From assembly GCF_006345805.1 (NCBI RefSeq), contig NW_021836313.1, positions 14,371-78,370 of the forward strand: a stretch of DNA of 64,000 bases. The letters run 5' to 3'. The position numbers and the translations under genes are program-made. The notes under the pieces were generated by a model. The model saw nothing but the letters and a program-made list of their open reading frames with translations, did no database searches and was not told the origin of the DNA. This stretch comes from Octopus sinensis (taxonomy: Eukaryota). Positions 12,412 through 25,920 of the stretch are shown here, piece by piece; the first letter of the stretch is position 1, and the number at the start of each line of letters is the position of its first letter.

Positions 12412-13952
12412 CTATGTTTGACTTTTGCTTTATGTCTGTACAAGTTGGCTCCAAGTCTCACCCAGAGACCTCAAGAGACAATAGGTTGGAAGTTCACGTT
12501 GTTGTTATGCCTAGCGTGCCATATATTTGGGGGTTTTTTTTTGGTGTTGTACTAGTGAATGTCTAATACATAAATTAAAAAAAAAAGTTTGTTTTAAACC
12601 TTGGGATTACATAGAGAGTATTTTGCGTAGGATATGAGCAGTTCCCATTAGCACTATCTTTTGAATTTCTGCCATTTTGGGGTTTCCTGGTATCTGAGTT
12701 AGGTAGCAATCAGCCCCTTTCGCTATCATTCCCAGGGCACCTATGACAACAGGTATTGTTTTAGTCTTCAGCTTCCACATTTTGCTGATTTCTATTTCAA
12801 GATCTTTATATTTGCTCAGTTTTTGGTAGGTCTTGACAGATACGTTTATATCGATTGGGACAGTCATATCAATGAGGAGGCATGTTCTTTGTCTGAAGAC
12901 TTTCAATATGATGTCTGGCCTGTTTGCATCTATCTTTCTGTCAGTTTGAATGGTGAAATTCCAGAGGAGTGAGATGTGGTCATTTTCAAGCACCGGAAGT
13001 GGATTGTGTTCCCACCAGTTTTTTTCATGGGGCAAATCCAGGTTTTTGCAAATTACCCAGTGAATATATTGTGCAGCTCTATCATGCCTGTTGAGGTACT
13101 CTGTAGGCGCTAGAAGACTGCATTTGGAGACAACATGATCAATGGTTTCATTTTGTTGTCGGCATACACGACATGTTGGGCTACTACCGTTCTTTAATAT
13201 GTTGGCCTGGTAGTTTCTTGTTGGTAGGCATTGATCTTGAGCTGCTATGATAAATCCTTCTGTTTCAGATTTTAAGCCAGAGGCCATTAGCCATTGATGG
13301 GTCAGGGCTTTGTCAATATCTGCATTATTCGCTCTCTTTGGGTATTTGCCATAGAGAGGTTTTTCTTGCCATTTATTATTCAGAATATCTAAGGCCGCAG
13401 TTTTGGCACGGGTTTTCATGCGCCTAGCTTTTTCTGTGCTTGTTTCTTGTATGTCTATCTCTAATTCCGAAATTTGTTGTATTCGGAATTCACTTAGATA
13501 TTCCTTTGCCTGTTTTGTGACTGAGTATGATGCTTTCTTGTTTTCATGTTTTGAGACAAGTTTTAACATCCAGTCCTCAGAGTTTTTTCAGGTAGGTGTC
13601 TAGGCCAATTGTAGCAATCTTCATTGTTATTGCCAGTTGTAAAATTCCACGGCCTCCCTCTTTTCTTGGCAGATAAAGTCGTTCTGTATCTGCCTTAGGG
13701 TGGTGCATTTTATGCATTGTCAACAGTTTTCGCATTTTTCTGTCAAGATTACATATTTCAGTAATTGACCAGTTAACGATATTGAAACTGTAAGTCACGA
13801 CTGGTATGGCTAAAACATTGATCGCTTCGATCCTGTTTCTTGCATTCAGCTCTGTCTTGAGTATTGCTCTTACTCTGCGATGACACTCTCTCCTGATCCT
13901 TTCCTTCATCTCTGAATGCCTTATTCCGTTCCCTTCAATTACCCCTAGGTAC

Positions 13953-13953
<1 letters not shown>
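12412..13953 (-). mobile_element. R4/Dong-like RLE LINE (family C), 5'-truncated
   Basis: ORFs 13577-13953 and 12607-13569: KYLG, HHPKADTERLY, SETEGFIIAAQDQ, CRVC..ETIDHVVSKC, RPDII..IDMTVP..KYKDL. (TAA)n on both sides. Confidence 0.9.
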
Positions 13954-14003
<50 letters not shown>

Positions 14004-14027
14004 ATTATTATTATTATTATTATTATT

Positions 14028-14445
14028 GAGTGAGAGGCAGCGCATGCCATCAAAGTGACATTGAGGTACAAATATACGAAGCTCAGTATACCTATCATGA
14101 CTACCCGTCTAATAAGGGTACACCAGGCACATGTATCACAACATGCGCTACATGGGGATCTCATATCAAGATAAACAGTGCTTGACCTTGCAGGTGAGGC
14201 CCGGTTAGAATTTTCTTCAAGTCGAGTAGCCCATCCCGCTTAAAAGGTCCCTGAATAAGGGTTGTTTAAGGATGTTGAACTAAACACCCATGTTTCCAGA
14301 GGTGAATTATCCAACCCCCCAATACTTCTGTTCGTGATCAGAGATGCACATATCGTCAGCCACCAAGGGACGTGCTCAATTGATTACGATCAAACAACTG
14401 ACAAGCAAATTAATGGTATTGAGAAGAATATCTGCTGTAGGCCAT
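14028..14445 (-). mobile_element. Non-coding interspersed-repeat-like element with (AAT)n tail (SINE or LINE 3' UTR, unclassified)
   Basis: About 420 bp of complex, non-coding sequence ending ...gcctctcactc(aat)n on the minus strand, between two triplet arrays. Confidence 0.45.
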
Positions 14446-14453
14446 TATTATTG

Positions 14454-14489
<36 letters not shown>

Positions 14490-14503
14490 TATTATTATTA
14501 TTA

Positions 14504-14554
<51 letters not shown>

Positions 14555-14579
14555 GTTGTTGTTATTATTATTATTATTA

Positions 14580-14610
<31 letters not shown>

Positions 14611-14627
14611 CATTATTGTTATTATTA

Positions 14628-14686
<59 letters not shown>
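14446..14686. repeat. (TTA/TTG)n microsatellite
   Basis: Direct sequence. Confidence 0.95.
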
Positions 14687-14687
<1 letters not shown>

Positions 14688-14696
14688 ACCATTATT

Positions 14697-15075
14697 AGCA
14701 AACTGGACGAAATGCTTAACGGTATTTCGTCTGCCGTTCCATTCTGAGTTCAAATTCCGCCGAGGTCGACTTTGCCTTTCATCCTTTCGGGGTCGATTAA
14801 ATAAGTACCAGTTAAGCACTGGGGTCGATATAATCGACTTATTCCGTTTGTCTGTCCTTGTTTGTCCCCTCTGTGTTTAGTCCCTTGTGGGTTGTAAAGA
14901 AATAGGTATTTCGTCCGCCGCTACATTCCGAGTTCAAATTCCGCCGAGGTTGACTTTGCCTTTCATCCTTTCGGGGTCGATAAATTAAGTACTAGTGAAA
15001 CACAGGGCTCGACATAATCGACTAGTATCCACCCCACAAATCTGAGGCCTTGTGCCTCCAGTAGAAAGGATTATT
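14697..15075 (+). mobile_element. Dimeric SINE family A
   Basis: gagttcaaattccgccgaggt.gactttgcctttcatcctttcggggtcga occurs twice (about 14747 and 14930); (ATT)n tail after 15070. Confidence 0.75.
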
Positions 15076-15445
15076 ATTATTATTATTATTATCATCACCA
15101 TCATCATTATCTGTAATTTTACGTTTTGTCAGCCATAGTCGCGAAAATACCTGACGCGTTGCCTTTCGCAAACTAGGAGTTTGGTAGAGCTCAGAAAGCC
15201 TACATCAAAGATGTCCAAAGTTTAACAAATGCTGTGTGAGATTCTCTGACAATATTTACATCTGTTGTAATATTGATATTTTCTGCAACCTTCTTGTGCC
15301 TGGCTATGCATGTAATCTGTCAATGTCTTTATAGAGGCGGTTGTGTGACATTCAGTTGAACCGAATATGAATCACGCAATAGACACACTCTGCGTTCCAT
15401 TCAACGGAGAGGGCGACGATTCAACACAACAATATTATAACACAT

Positions 15446-15507
<62 letters not shown>

Positions 15508-15881
15508 CCACACTCACATAGAGCGACACACAAACACAACCACACAGACACTGACACACACACACAAAAACACACAGGTGTATATGTGTGTATGGGTGTG
15601 TAGGCATGTATGTATATATATGTATCTGTGTATGTATATGCATGCATATGTGTTCGTGCATTTAATTAGATATACGTATATAACGGACACACGCACTTAT
15701 ATACAGATATGTATATATGCATATACTTATGTATATTTACCTATATATGTATATCTACCTATATGCACACACACACACACACGCACACACACACACATAC
15801 ATATAAGATCATTGAGAATCTGAAGCACAATTTACCAATACGACTTGCATTGGGTCTTTGCATACATTTAGAAACATTTTA

Positions 15882-15943
<62 letters not shown>

Positions 15944-15960
15944 ATCTATCTATCTATCTA
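15882..15960. repeat. (CTAT)n at the 5' junction of the Tx1 element
   Basis: Direct sequence. Confidence 0.95.
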
Positions 15961-18180
15961 GACGTTGCTGAAGAAAGACCCAAACAAGGGGAATCTTATA
16001 GATAATTTCAGGCCCATCACTCTGCTCAACGCAGATTTGAAAAGTTTGGCCAAAGTAATAGCCGAGAGGTTGGCGCTTGTCATTGGTAAACTGGTCGACA
16101 GGGCGCAAACATGCGCCGTGCCGGGCAGAACCATACATGACAACCTCCATCTGATGCGCTACATTGTGGACAGGGTAATTAAGGATCCTGGCATGGGTGG
16201 GGCGCTGATAAATTTGGATCAGTCTAAAGCCTTCGATAGGGTCGACCATCGGTACTTGGCGGCTGTCCTCAGGGCGGCTGGCTTCGGTCCCGTCTTCCGC
16301 GGTTGGATCGCTGCCTTGTATAGCGGCATCCGATCGGTGATTCGGGTGAACGGTCACCTGTCGAAACCGTTTGACATCACGCGTTCGGTCCGTCAGGGGT
16401 GTCCCCTGTCGGCGCTTCTGTATGTATTGACTCTCGAGCCGCTACTGCGGAAGCTGGCGACACTGAGGGGCATCCCACGGGAACTGGGTTGCGGGACGAG
16501 CGTGTCGGCATATGCGGACGATGTCACCGTCATAGTGTCGAGCGACAACACATCAAGATGATAGGCGAGACACTAAGAAAATACGAAACGGTGACGGGAG
16601 CAAAGATTAACCCGGAAAAGTCAGTGCGTTTGCTACTCGGCACCTGGAGAAGCAAGCCCATGCCGTCCGACTGCGGCTCAGTAGTGGGACGCTGGACGGA
16701 CGGACCGGTTAAATTGCTCGGGGTCTGGTTCAGTCCGGACCTCCAAATGGATAAGAACTGGGACGAGATCACGAGTAGAGTGGTCGCTCTCAGCCAAACA
16801 TGGGCCGAGAGAAAGCTGTCTCTAAAAGGCCGGGCGGAGGTGGCGAACGCGTACATCGCATCCGTCAGCGATTACCGCCTGACCGTCGTACCTTGTCCCG
16901 ACGCCACCATCACCAAACTGGAACGCATACTCTTCCGCTTCCTGTGGAAGGGTGGCGTTCCGATGGTGAGGAAGTCCATTTGCTGTCAACATCCGTTGAA
17001 TGGATGACTGGGCATGCCGTGGTTGATGATGCGCAGGCATGCGCTGAGACTGCGACATCTCCGGAACTTCATCGACGACGGTGAACAGGTGTGGGCGCCG
17101 TTTGTGAGGCGCGACTTCCCGCAGCTCGTCTCACTGACCGAACTGCAAACGTGGATCAAAAAGAGACCGAAACTGGGCGATTGGCACCGAGAGTGTCGCC
17201 AAGCTCTACAGCAGCTCTGCCGACCGGGGTCAAACTTGTGCAACTTACAAACGACTAAAGCGTTCTATAGAGGACTAGTGGAGGGGAGGTCCGACGACAC
17301 ACTCGGGGCAAACCTGGGCGTCGACGAGAAATTCCTAACCCGCCTGTTCAGGACGACGTTCGGGCCGGGGCCTATGGATAACTTCCAGAAATCCCTGGCT
17401 TGACAGTGCTATCGAGACGCACTACCTGTTCGAGAGAAAAGCTACAGACACGGTTCGAAAACCATCACCGGACCAACCTGCCCGAGATGCGGTCAGAGCG
17501 ACGAAATCGTTCTGCACGCACTCGTGCAGTGTCCAGATATTTCAGAGCTGTGGTCCTTCGTCGAACAGCTGTTGTCACGTGTAGGTCGGGCTCGCCTATC
17601 GGACGAGTCTATCGTGAGTATTGTTCCACCACCTTCCTTTAAACGGGAAGGGAAAACGGTTTTCGTTACGCTGATGGCTTTGGCGAAAGAATGTGTGTGG
17701 TGGACGCGTTTGAAAGGACTGCAAACAAACACCTTCCTCTCTGGTCAGTCTCTCGTCAACTTTTTCAAGTACCACTTGAAAAGGAGGATGAGAATAGAGA
17801 GGAAGGCTTTGTCGAACGAATGTTTTAATAAAAAGTGGGTAAAAGTGGCAAAAATGGTCAGTATGAAAGACGACACTATTTTAAGCGTAAATCTGTGACC
17901 AAAAGAGACAACGAGAAGTAAGGCGACTTACTCATGTGTTCTTTTTCGAACTTGGTCTTTTTTGTAGGTTTTTCTTTCCAGGGCTACACCTAAACTGTGA
18001 ACTTTATTATATATATATATATATTATATTTTTATACACCACACAACCCACAGATCCCTATTGATCGAACGTTTTTTTTTCTTTATGCCCCACCCATCCC
18101 ACCTCGAAAAGAAAAAACTCTACATTGTATTTCGTCCATTTTTATTCTGTGTTTAGCCCTGTGTGGCCACAATAAAAAGT
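15961..18180 (+). mobile_element. Tx1/L1-clade LINE, 5'-truncated (RT, C-terminal Zn finger, 3' UTR)
   Basis: FRPITLLNADLK, LDQSKAFDRVDH, SVRQGCPLS, AYADD, WAERKLSLKGR, C..C....E...HA..QC. AATAAA at 18171, then (CT)n(CTAT)n. One frameshift and two stops. Confidence 0.92.
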
Positions 18181-18182
18181 TA

Positions 18183-18301
<119 letters not shown>

Positions 18302-18505
18302 GTCTGTCTGTCTGTGCAACAGTTGTCTGTTCTTGTCTCTGTGTCTATCATTTTCCCTCTCTCTATATTTCTATGTTTGTGCGTCTTCCCCTTCCCCTCT
18401 CTCTCCGTCTCTCTTCTTTTTATATGTGTGTGCGCGCGCATGTGTATGCATATTCATTTATGTCTACCTGTGAGGATGTCTGTGCATATGTGTTTGCGTC
18501 ATGCT

Positions 18506-18548
<43 letters not shown>

Positions 18549-18991
18549 TATATATAAGCATGTGAACGGATTTGTTTCGTAAAATATGCTCGTGAGCATG
18601 TTTGCTTATTTGTATATGTGTGCGTGTGTGCGCGTGTGCGTGTGTGTGAGTGTGTGTGTGTGAACGCGTGTGTGTGAGTGTGCATAAGAATATTATTATT
18701 CCTTCCTGCCTTCCTTTGATGGCAACAACTTCCTTCTCTCTTTGGGAGATAACAAAAAGACGTTGAAATAAAAATCGATTCCACAAACTGAAAGCTGAAA
18801 ATAAATAACGAACTGGAAGAATAAAGAAGGCTTTTGGAAGGGAAAAGAAAGGATTGCGATCGGAAATGAGGCATCGTTTTTGGTTGATTTCTTTTGAAAT
18901 CTTATTCCGATTTGGAACAAGACAAATTGAATGTCGCCTTATTTACTTTTATCTTCACGTCATAGAAATCTTGATTGAGTACGTTGCAGGA

Positions 18992-19034
<43 letters not shown>

Positions 19035-19532
19035 ACACACACACACACAAATATACAAACACACGTACACACACACACACACAAATATACAAACACACAT
19101 ATACACAAACACACATATACACAAACACACACAAACACACAAACTCACTCAAACACGCACACAAACACACACAATCACACACATATACAAACACACAAAC
19201 ACGCGCAAACCCATACAAACACACACACACACACACACACATTATATGTATGTACGTGTAACTCACGGTCGCGATAGATTCAAATCCTGGGCCAGGTGGG
19301 ATGTAGTGTTTCTGAGCAAAATACTTCTACTTACGTTGCTCTGCGATCACAGTGGCACCTGACGCGCGGCACATCGTGCATCTATTCAGGCAATATGATA
19401 AAAATTAAAACAAAAATGAACCAAAATACAAACATCAGCCTCAGTATGTACAATATATTAAAGAAAATGGTCACCAACGCCATGATGAAATCGCTTTTAA
19501 AAGTACAACGTTCTTCGTTGTGGATGTGAAAT

Positions 19533-19699
19533 ATCCGCGCAGGAATGGCTGTGTGGTTAAGGAGTTCGCTTTGCTACCGTATAGTTCCGTGTTCAGCTTC
19601 ACTGCGCGCCACCGAGGGCACTTGTCTTCTACTATAGCCCGGGTCGATCAATGTTTTATGAGTCAATGTGGCTGACGAAAACTGTGTTGAAGCCTGTCG

Positions 19700-19700
<1 letters not shown>
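19533..19700 (+). mobile_element. SINE family B (tRNA-derived) with (CTAT)n tail
   Basis: gcgcaggaatggctgtgtggttaagg A-box, gttcagcttcac B-box, tgtcttctactatagccc core. Confidence 0.7.
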
Positions 19701-19776
<76 letters not shown>

Positions 19777-19943
19777 TCAGCACCTGGAGAAGCAAGCCCA
19801 TGCCGTCCACCAGCGCCTCCGTCGTGGGACGCTGGACCGACGGCCCGGTCGAGTTGCTCGGGTTCTGGTTTGGTCCGGACCCTCAAATGCAGAAGAACTG
19901 GAACAAGATAACGAGTAGAGTGGCCACTCTCGCCCGGCAATGG
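19777..19943 (+). mobile_element. Tx1 LINE fragment starting directly after (CTAT)n
   Basis: TWRSKPMPSTSASVVGRWTDGPVELLG..NWNKITSRV matches 16640-16800. Confidence 0.8.
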
Positions 19944-20506
19944 GTTTGTTCCATTATACATTTCAGTCCGAAGACTGAAACAAGAAGAGATTAAACTAGT
20001 TTATGTACACAAAGTATTGATAGAAACAAGTATATCACACCATTCGTCCATAAATATTCCCTGGAAGTTTTATGAACCGAATACTCTCAGAATAGAGTAA
20101 GAACCATTATATTGGAACTACGCGGAAAATATGGAAGAAATTTTACAAGGCAGAAACTGTCATGAACACCGAAATATCTCAGTCACGTTGTAGGTTTTTA
20201 ATATAATAAGATTTCCGTAGAGGAAGTTTAAGCGCGAGAATTAATATTGTTATCAGTTATGTAATATGGAATATGAATTATCAGGAATACAAGTTTAAAG
20301 GAAATGAATATTAGACTAGAAATTATCAATTCAGATAAAATGTTATTTAAAAAAACACACACAAACAAACGGTCTTATCAACAGACAAAATAGGATGAGT
20401 CAATATAAATCTATACTTACATCAATACGTACAAATACGATCATAAATAATACATACACATATAAAGAGAGAGAGAGAGAGAAAATCAGTGAGATAGAAT
20501 GAGAGC

Positions 20507-20537
<31 letters not shown>

Positions 20538-20714
20538 TGAGGAGGGATAGAGAAGAAGAGAGGTCTTGGTATATATGAGTTACATGTCGTAGGTCTAAAA
20601 TAAAATTATATTATTACACACGCGTAGATGATGAAATATGAAACTAACAAGGCTGTTTGGTATTTGTAACATATTAAAAAAAAAATACGGAGTAAATCAC
20701 GGCATTCGCCATGA

Positions 20715-20890
20715 TAGATTGCTAGCCACTAAACCCTTTTTATTTTCTCTCCCTATTTATTTTTGTGTTCCTTTCTGTCGAAGAGCGTAGGATCGAAGCG
20801 TAAAAGACTTTTTCACTTACCGAGCGTTATACTAATACATCTGTTTGTTGTTTATACACCCGTCTTCGTCTTTTGTATTTTTGCAAATTG
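20715..20890 (+). mobile_element. Short non-coding repeat (family H1) with a degenerate HHR-like motif
   Basis: Same sequence family as 25465-25640, 35012-35180 and 35270-35475. Confidence 0.65.
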
Positions 20891-20909
20891 TCACTACACA
20901 CACACACAC

Positions 20910-20965
<56 letters not shown>

Positions 20966-21129
20966 ATATACACACACAGTTGCATGTTAAGAAAAAATGT
21001 TTTCCAAAGATTAACCTGAAAGTAGAAAATCTACAATTTGTTGCGAAGTTATGCAGAAGGGTGTCATGCAAAAATGTTTTGTATAAAAAAGTGTTATGAT
21101 TAGCTTTAGCCATGATATGAAAACTGGAT

Positions 21130-21680
21130 TTGAAATCAGTTCCAGGACAATTGTTTATAAACCAAATGGCATGGAACTGATAGTGTTGGTGTTAAACCAA
21201 CGAACCTGGCCAGCGAAGTTTATCTTCTAGCCACCAAGTTACATGCATTGCTTATAATGTAAAAAAACGTCTTACATATGCTGTGCTTGTAAGAAGCGAT
21301 GAACTTTTTTATTTGAATTACGACGACGTTTGAGAGAATCAGTGAGAAGGAAGAGGTGGATGTTATGAGGCTGCACCACGACAACAGACTTGTTTCCGCA
21401 TCACTTCTTACTTGCGACTTGTTGGCAAAGTACGAGACACATGTTGCATTCCAGCCGCTCTACCCTCCGCATCTAAAAATGGTTTCTGACATAAAGAAGG
21501 CACCGAAGAAGAATTTGCAGCGAGAGTTGCGCAGTACATGTGAACACATGTTCAAGATAGCGTTTCAAAACTTTATTACAAATGTTAGAAAAGTAGAGGT
21601 AGCCATTTTGATGACGACAAAACTGATTAGATTTTAGTTAAAGCAATAAATTTGTTGTTTTCTCTTTTGAACAAATCTCA
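21130..21680 (+). mobile_element. Mariner-like transposase remnant
   Basis: LHHDN at 21371 and QPLYPPHL resemble the mariner HDNA..H / HPPYSPDL motifs. Confidence 0.6.
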
Positions 21681-22251
21681 AAGAATTTAAAGATTGCTTG
21701 GGATTTGTGTAAGGGTATTAAAAAACCATTGTAAAGGGCTCGCACCAGCATCTAAAAGTTGTTTTATGTTAGCTTTTACAAGGTTTTGCCCTCAGAATTG
21801 ACATGATCAACCTCAACCTCAAATTTCCAGAAAATCCCGCACCACCGTTTTCGGTCATCAGCGTCCGCCTCGTGTTTATATAATTACGTGAGTTTATTGA
21901 TCGAAACCGATTGACTTTAATCATCAAAGATGGTTCTACTGGATTCTTTTAGGAAAATGTTTAGAGATTTAGGATATGGGGATAAATAATAAAAGATTAA
22001 AACTGATTTTATTTTTATTGTCGTGTTGTATATATAGTAAGTGGAGCAAGAACACACATACGAAAACGAAAAGTGTCGATGAAGAGGTCACAGAAGTGTC
22101 GATGAAGAGGTCACAGATGTATGACGAAAACTATCCGGACAATGGACATGAGTTAAAGTACTAAAATAAGAACAGTAATAAACGAGAGAAGAAAAAATAT
22201 ATATAGTGCGTGTGTTTATTTGGCAAAAAAAAATTACCGTCCCGAAATACG

Positions 22252-22310
<59 letters not shown>

Positions 22311-22324
22311 ATATATATAAACGA

Positions 22325-22604
22325 TAAACGTCGCCCTTTTCAAGCCTAGCCAGCCCGGTTTCCCGGTTTCTGTGGCGTATGTGTTCTCGCAGCTGAACGG
22401 GACGCCAGTCCATCGCAGCGTTACTCAAGAAACAGGAAGAGAGAGTGAGAGAAAGTTGTGGCGAAAGAGTACAACAGGGGTCACCACCACCCCCTGCCGG
22501 AGCTTCATGGAGCTTTTTAGGTGTTTTCGCTCAATAAACACACACAACAACGCCCAGTCTGGGAATCGAAACCGTGATCTTCCGGCCGCCAGTCCATTGC
22601 GCCT

Positions 22605-22606
<2 letters not shown>
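22325..22606 (-). mobile_element. SINE family C
   Basis: Minus-strand tRNA-like head (ggaggcgcaatgg..ggtttcgattccc) and ctgaacgggacgccagtccatcgcag motif. Confidence 0.6.
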
Positions 22607-22652
<46 letters not shown>

Positions 22653-22791
22653 ACGGAGATGTACTCGCATAGCAAGTGATTTGATCTGAGATCGTGTGCT
22701 GAAACGAAAACAATTGCAGCGTGGAAGGTGTTTGTAAGTCATTTAAGAAACACACAAAAGCCGTTCGATTCACTTCAACATTTAAGTTTAA

Positions 22792-22841
22792 TTTGTCAAA
22801 ATATTTTCGTTGCTAAGATCCGCGACCTGTTCACTGACAAA
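22792..22841 (-). ncRNA. Minimal type I hammerhead fold with G3-C8 core (GUGAACA)
   Basis: Stem I UUUGUCA/UGACAAA, core GUGAACA+G, stem II GUCGC/GCAAC (one mismatch), GAA-AAUAUU-U. Confidence 0.65.
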
Positions 22842-22865
22842 AATCCGTGCTGCATCTCTGTCATT

Positions 22866-22915
22866 TTTGTCAGTGAATAGGTCGCGGATTTTAGCAACGA
22901 AAATATTTTGACAAA
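22866..22915 (+). ncRNA. Second hammerhead-like copy (core GUGAAUA, G3-U8)
   Basis: Mirror copy in the right arm. Confidence 0.55.
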
Positions 22916-24179
22916 TTAAAACTTAAATGTTGAAGTGGATCGAACGGCTTTTGTGTGTTTCCTATATGGCTTACAAACACCTTCCAAGCTGCAATTGTAT
23001 ATATATATATATATATGAATCCATATATATATATACCATATTGTATGTACTTTTACATCTAATATAATAAGTGTATATATATTTATGGTCATGTAAAATG
23101 CGGCAATTATTAAAAACTTGTGATAGTTGACAAAATGTTTTAATGATTGCATTCTTTTACAATTCTGCGACGAGTAATTACTGATGTCAGAGTTTGTCCC
23201 TATAAAATGTTCTATTCTCTAATGACGACATTTGAGATGACGAACTTAAAGATGGCAACGAGGAAATCGAGATATACGATGACATGATCGAGACCAATTG
23301 GGGTTGAGGATGATGGATTTGGGATTAACGCTGAGATGGTTGACGTTGATTATGTAAGATAACATTAACTCTTTATCATTCAGATAATTCTGTCAAATGG
23401 AATGCATTTTACTTCACGTGTTTTCGAGTTAATCTTGTAGCTTTGAAATTTCGATGATGTGGTCATTTTTAGAAGGACATTGCAGAGTAAGAGTAAAAGG
23501 CCGGTTTTGACCTGTTTGAAAAAAAAAATAATCAGATAAAATATTTGGGTTAATACGGACGATTAAATTGCTAAAGAGTTAAATCCGGGAATTAATATTA
23601 ACTTTTAAAAACTCAAATGGAGTAAAGAAAGACTTGCTTAACTTTTTAAGACTGTATTTATATTTCCATCTCCGTGCACGGTTTTAGTTTTTTCAGTTTC
23701 TACTTTCTGAACTTAACACTATTTTCTTATCTTCCTTTTCTTTGCATTCTTTTATGCTTCTGGATTTTCGTCTTGCTTTTTTTAGTCATTATTTTTATTT
23801 ATTTCTTATATTTTTGACCTTAAATAATTTTGCAGCTATTATATTTTTTGGGTTTATGAATATAGATATATTTCGGGGCGATACACTCTCTCACCGTTTA
23901 TGATTATATGCATGTATGTATGTATCATTACACATATAGTCAATGTGTGTGTATAATTTTATTGGGATCTATATATGTGGATGTGGATCCTTATGTATTT
24001 GGTTCTATCTAAACAGTATCTAGACAATTTCTTTTGTCTAAATTCATACTTTAAACATATTCTTATAGCTATACATTTTACCAGTTATTTACTTTGTATA
24101 TGCGTGTATATATGTATAAATGTTTGTATACATATGCATGTGTATGTATATATATATATTTATATATATATATATATAT

Positions 24180-24213
<34 letters not shown>

Positions 24214-25379
24214 CGTGTACTTGTAAGTATGTATAAATATGATTGTATATATTATATCATATTGGTGTATGTATATAATATATAGTATATTGTATATATA
24301 TATATGTGTGTGTGTGTATACATATACATATTGCATAAATGTATATATATGTATGTGTGTATAAATATATATATATTATGCGTATATATATATGTATATG
24401 TATATATTTACATATGTATGTCTACATGTATGAGTGTATCCATATATTATCCTAGCAATATACATTTTATCTCATATTTTTTATCCTGTTCATACTATAC
24501 ATATTTTGTATTCTTTGTATTTTTTTTATATAAGTATTTGTATTTGACGTGTTATCTACTTTCTATATTTGTCTGCATATATATATATATACATATGCAT
24601 GCCTCTATATACACACATGCGTAAATACTTGCAGACCATCCTATTGTATATTTGTATCTATATAGTATTATGTGTACATATATATTTGCATCATTATATT
24701 TTCGTCTCCATGTGCATGATTTCTAGATAAATTTTCCGTCTTATTTATCACACTTTAAATATAATCTTGGGCTTCATTTTAAAAAAAAGAATTTAATATT
24801 TACATTTAACATGTTATCGACTTCATATTTATTTGAAAATATGCTGCAATACTTATCTGTTAAGTTTGTATTTTTAACTTTTACATATCATGTAGTTAAA
24901 ACGCAGCTGGTTTCTTATGCAATGAGAGCTGGTGAAGTCAAACCGAGAGGAGAGCAGACGACCAGGTTTTACCAATAATTTTCTGTTCAAAAGTCTGCCA
25001 TTTGAGATGTAACCTGTAGCGTACTTTCTCCAGCAGGCGACGTGATAAACTGGTATCAAAGCCAGGCTTCGTCGACGACAGGCTGAGTGTTGCAAGTTAA
25101 AAAAGAACCAACTGCTTTCTGTTGTTTCGTTACAAACCTTATAACGTTGAAAATGAAAATGTTTGGTGTCCTGGACCCTGGAAAGTCTTCTCTACGCAGT
25201 TTGATCAGAGTGGAGTTGGTCTGAATTCTAAGAAGTGGAATCGCTCTCTTTACGCATCACCCACGCCATTCCTATGGTTAATGCATTGTTTTTTGTTTGG
25301 CTCGGTGAATATATTTCCTTACAAACTATTGAGACGTTGAATTCTGTTTGCCTGTCTGTCTGCCTTCCAGCCTTTCTGG

Positions 25380-25463
<84 letters not shown>

Positions 25464-25464
25464 G

Positions 25465-25640
25465 GGAGAGATAACGAAAAAAAAAAGACGAAGACAGGTG
25501 GTGTACAAAACAAACAGATGTATTAGTATAATGATCAGGAATAGAAAAAGTATTTTACGTTTCGAGCCTATGCTCTTCTGCAGAAAGGGACACAGAAAAA
25601 AAAAACAAGGAGAGAGGAAAATGTGTGTAGTAGCTAACGA
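25465..25640 (-). mobile_element. Family H1 repeat with HHR-like motif (core CUGCAGA)
   Basis: Minus strand: cttt-CTGCAGA-a-gagc-atag-gctc-GAAACGTA-aaa at 25552-25587. Confidence 0.65.
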
Positions 25641-25674
25641 TCTATCTATCTATCAATCTATCTATCTATCTATA

Positions 25675-25763
<89 letters not shown>

Positions 25764-25920
25764 GTCTGTTTGTCAGATTGTCCGTCTGTCTGTCTATACT
25801 TAAACTCTATATATGTGCGTGTGTGTGTTGTGTGTGTGCGTGTGGTGTGTGAGTGTTTGTGTGTGTGTGTGTGTGTGTGTATGTGTGTGTGTGTGTGTGT
25901 GAGAGTAGATCAAAAATATC

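Larger units (their letters stand above)
22655..22997. mobile_element. Fold-back element: 134/135-bp inverted arms (22711-22844, 22863-22997), 18-nt loop, in (TA)n
   Basis: Arms checked as reverse complements along their length, with a few mismatches. Confidence 0.85.

Noticed and set aside
19533-19610. SINE heads as tRNA genes
   Set aside because: A/B boxes are present but no cloverleaf closes, and each continues into SINE body sequence.
22071-22145. 23-bp tandem duplication as a CRISPR-like or functional ribozyme array
   Set aside because: Only two units and no spacers. It is a decayed relative of the 28482 hammerhead family with A at position 3 and a broken stem III.
24874-25095. GC-richer non-repetitive patch as a host exon
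   Set aside because: No recognisable protein motif in any frame and no convincing splice-site pair; cannot be excluded without RNA-seq.
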